Source: Sarea resinae (lineage: Eukaryota). Taken from it: DNA of 64,000 nt. Where the stretch lies: NCBI GenBank assembly GCA_026026165.1, contig JAPEUD010000084.1:1-64000 (forward strand), written 5' to 3'. The notes beneath the pieces were generated by a model. The model had not been told where the DNA came from, ran no database searches, and saw only the letters and a list, made by a program, of their open reading frames with translations. Positions 61,073-64,000 of this stretch are shown one piece after another. Positions within the stretch are counted from its first letter, which is position 1, and each line of letters opens with the position of its first letter. The position numbers were made by a program, and so were the translations under genes.

Positions 61073-61529
61073 TATGTCTTGGAACACTGCCCGAGTAGTT
61101 ACGTGGAAAGACAAAGTACTAGAGTACAAAAGCACGACCTCATTGAATTTCGTGCCTGCAGTAGTGCCAGACCTAAACCCGGTCCCGCGTGCCCCCTGAT
61201 TTGCTGCCGCCTTGTAAAACGGGTATCTGTACGTAGTACCTGTGGGGTATCAACTCCCGGATCTACTATTTACGTCTTTGGCTTCATCTGCCGACGCCAG
61301 TCGCATGCTACTACGTAGTACTCGTCTCACGAATTGGTAGGTAGGCGAGTAGGCAAGGCTTCGTCCAAGGCGCTGTATTATCGTTGAAATCTGTCTGGAG
61401 CTTTGCCAGCTATGCTAGATCGATCCTCCCATGGTGGTCAGTCAGCCACCTTATCGCTTCAGACGGCGCTCCAGACGATGATCCTTTTCCTAAGGCCACG
61501 ATTACCCCATCCTGCCGTCAAGGTTTGCT

Positions 61530-63261
61530 TCACATGCCGCCCTCGGCGTCTTTGACCAGGTCCTTCAGAACTCCTTTCTGTGACAGCATTTGCAACCATC
61601 GCTGTATTGCCGGGCCGTAATCATACCTACGGTGCGCTGCGCGCTCTTCGTCCAACCGCTGTGACTGCATCTCTTCCATGATATTGACCCTCAGCCCGAC
61701 TTGCTCTGTTATAAGCTTTCGGCGTAGATCAATGAGCAAAGAAGAGGACGGTTCCGACAGAACGTCTTGGATCGCTGTTGGTAACACGGCCTTGTCCAAT
61801 GCTTCCTGAGTCAGACCAAAGATAAGGTCTGGACCGATGATCACCCCTTCAGCGGCTGCATCTTGGTCCACGACGAAATCCTTCCACTCGGGAACGACAA
61901 TATCTAGCCTCTCATGAACTGCATTGATGGTCTTAACATTTACCGCAAGCTTAGAAGAAAGAGTTAGAAGAGGGTCCCCAACTAGGCCCAGAAGGCCAAA
62001 TTCGATTTGATCGGATTCGTATGCGGCCATCCGTGCCTCTAATTCCGGCTTCACGAGGCTCAACCAATCCTCCCCTTTGACATCACCTAAGAACGTGAGC
62101 TACCAATCATGGGATCGAGGTTAGAAGGCTACATACCTAGCTTGAGAGGCTGTCTTTCCAAGCCATCAAGCTTCCAGACCTGGTTGTCGATGGGCATAAA
62201 TGCAATGAAATGGAAACCGGCGGTTTCGTCGTCCTCATCACCATTAGAATACGCCACCTTCGTCTTCTTTGCCTTTGCTTGATTCTTCAATGTCAAATCG
62301 CCGTTGAGCATATCCATCTTCCTTTCATAAGGTTAGCCAGGAACTAAGATACATAATGGGGAACCAAGGAATAAGGGTAGACCGTATTCTCGGATCCTAG
62401 AGATTATCACGGATTGGGGCAGGAATTGGGGGACTTCCTAGCAGGCGCCCCCACTTTGCGCAAGAGAACTAATCAGAGCATCATAACACTGGAGATGTAG
62501 ACTGACCGTGCAAATGAGTTGTGAATCCGCTTAACAAATTCAAAATTGTTGATCTGATCTCCACGAAGCGGCGGTGGGAAATCTCGTGTAAATTCTTTGA
62601 ATTGCTGGAGGTTTTCGCCGAGCTCTATTTCGGGGATATTGTTGACGATGTTGAGGAGGGCGACGCTCGCGCAGGCATTGCCCACAGTCTAGCCTGCTAT
62701 AAGTCTCAAGAAAGCAACGCCTCTGAAGCATAGAGAATAGGCACTCACTTGATTTGCAAACCAAACATTCTCAGGACAGCTTGTCTCGTGCTTATCTGGG
62801 TCTTCCTGTCTCCAACGAAACAGGAATATCAGGCCATAAACGGGTTTTCTAGATATCTTGTAAGATTTGAGACATCTCGTACCGGCGCAATACGTTCTAG
62901 GCAATCGTAGATGTACTTACGGGAGCATTGCAAGTAGCTCTGCATCTAGACCAAATACCTCCTGAACTTTGATGCCTTTTACGCCAAATTCTTTCAGAGT
63001 CACGTTGAAGAATGCCTATAGAAGCAATAAGCATCCCCATGGACCGGCTTCTCCAGCGGATAGCTTTGATCAGAATCTGGCAGAAGCTTGACCTACAGGT
63101 TCAGACTCGATTTCACAGAAACCCTCCCAATGCTTCCTGTCGTGTTCTGTCGCAGTGGCCGAGGGACTGTTTGGAAACACCTTGAGCGGTGACAAGTCGT
63201 GGCCATCAGCCGTGCCATTATTCGTGCCATCGAGGCGTCTTCTTTTATATTGTTCGGCCAT
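61530..63261 (-). CDS. Ubiquitin carboxyl-terminal hydrolase, peptidase C12 (UCH37/BAP1-like)
   Basis: FCEIESEP|AFFN..FGVKGIKVQEV..PVYGLIFLFRW..WFANQ|TVGNACASVALLN (Cys)..IHNSFAR..FHFIAF (His)..KLDGL (Asp)..RRYDYGPAIQRWLQML. Confidence 0.93.
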
Positions 63262-63861
63262 TGAGAGGTATTTCTCGGGCAGTAGACGGAGGGATAACAG
63301 AGCGGCAAGAGAGACTAGGATACGAAGTGTGTACGAGGTGTACGAGGTGTGTGATGTAAGAGTATGTGTGTAGATGAGAGGTCTATTTGTTTCGTGTCTT
63401 TATCCGTATATTTTGGTTGCACCATAATCTTCAGGCGACGCGATTTGAATGGAGAATTGAATTGAATTGGTTTACCACAGGCTGATTCACTGTGCCCAGA
63501 GGTGATCATGCACATAGCATACCTTACATACTGCAAATGTTGATACCTCGTACCTGGATTACCTATGAGAGTACGGTATCAATTTCGTACTTCACTCCCC
63601 AAGAAAGGACATTTAAGTATGGAAGCCATTCCAGCTCCAATCCCCACCTTCTATCTGATGGATGAAGGAAAATACGCGTGATTGACAAATACGTGAAGAG
63701 AGCGGTCGCATGACCAAGACGGGCACGCCAATTTAGAAGTCATTGTTCGCTCTTGGGTCATGACCATGATAGATGGGTCCCTGCTTGCGACAGCAATTGA
63801 AGGTATCTACTACGATTTTGCGCACATGTATATATCATGATAGTGAAGCAAGTAGAGATGG

Positions 63862-63862
<1 letters not shown>

Positions 63863-63898
<36 letters not shown>
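63863..63898. repeat. (CAG)12 microsatellite
   Basis: Direct reading. Confidence 0.95.
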
Positions 63899-63899
<1 letters not shown>

Positions 63900-64000
63900 G
63901 ATGGGGGGTTCAATATAATATGACGTTCGCCATAGCTGAATCCTAGAACTCCTACTAAATTGATGCAAAATTCCTGTTACAATGCACAAGCTATGGTGTC

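Noticed and set aside
1..64000. tRNA, 5S rRNA or snoRNA genes
   Set aside because: No cloverleaf, A/B-box pair or convincing box C/D pair seen by eye; tRNAscan-SE and Infernal/Rfam would be needed to exclude them.

Overview
Eukaryotic, intron-containing DNA from a filamentous ascomycete (Pezizomycotina; inferred from short GT-AG introns with CTRAC/CTAAC-type branch sites and typical orthologues). About 22 protein-coding genes can be assembled by hand. Recognisable housekeeping genes are FCP1, MSH2, GPI1, RRP6, a GapA/Sar1-type RasGAP, NSL1/Mis14, SEC14, CWH43, ACO1, BUD20, MOG1, an FBXO21-like F-box protein and a C12 ubiquitin hydrolase. Accessory or unexplained content: a secreted collagen-like protein cut by the left window edge, an intronless orphan with three copies of an unrecognised PNHLxG repeat, a spliced 92-aa membrane microprotein ending 19 nt before the GPI1 start codon (probable bicistronic unit), a HeLo-like/NACHT/ankyrin NLR head-to-head with an LRR+SAP-like gene, a second F-box gene, and a complete Tc1 (DD34E) transposon inactivated by RIP-type TGG>TAG changes. 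No tRNA, rRNA or CRISPR features were seen. All gene models and family calls were made by eye, without database searches.
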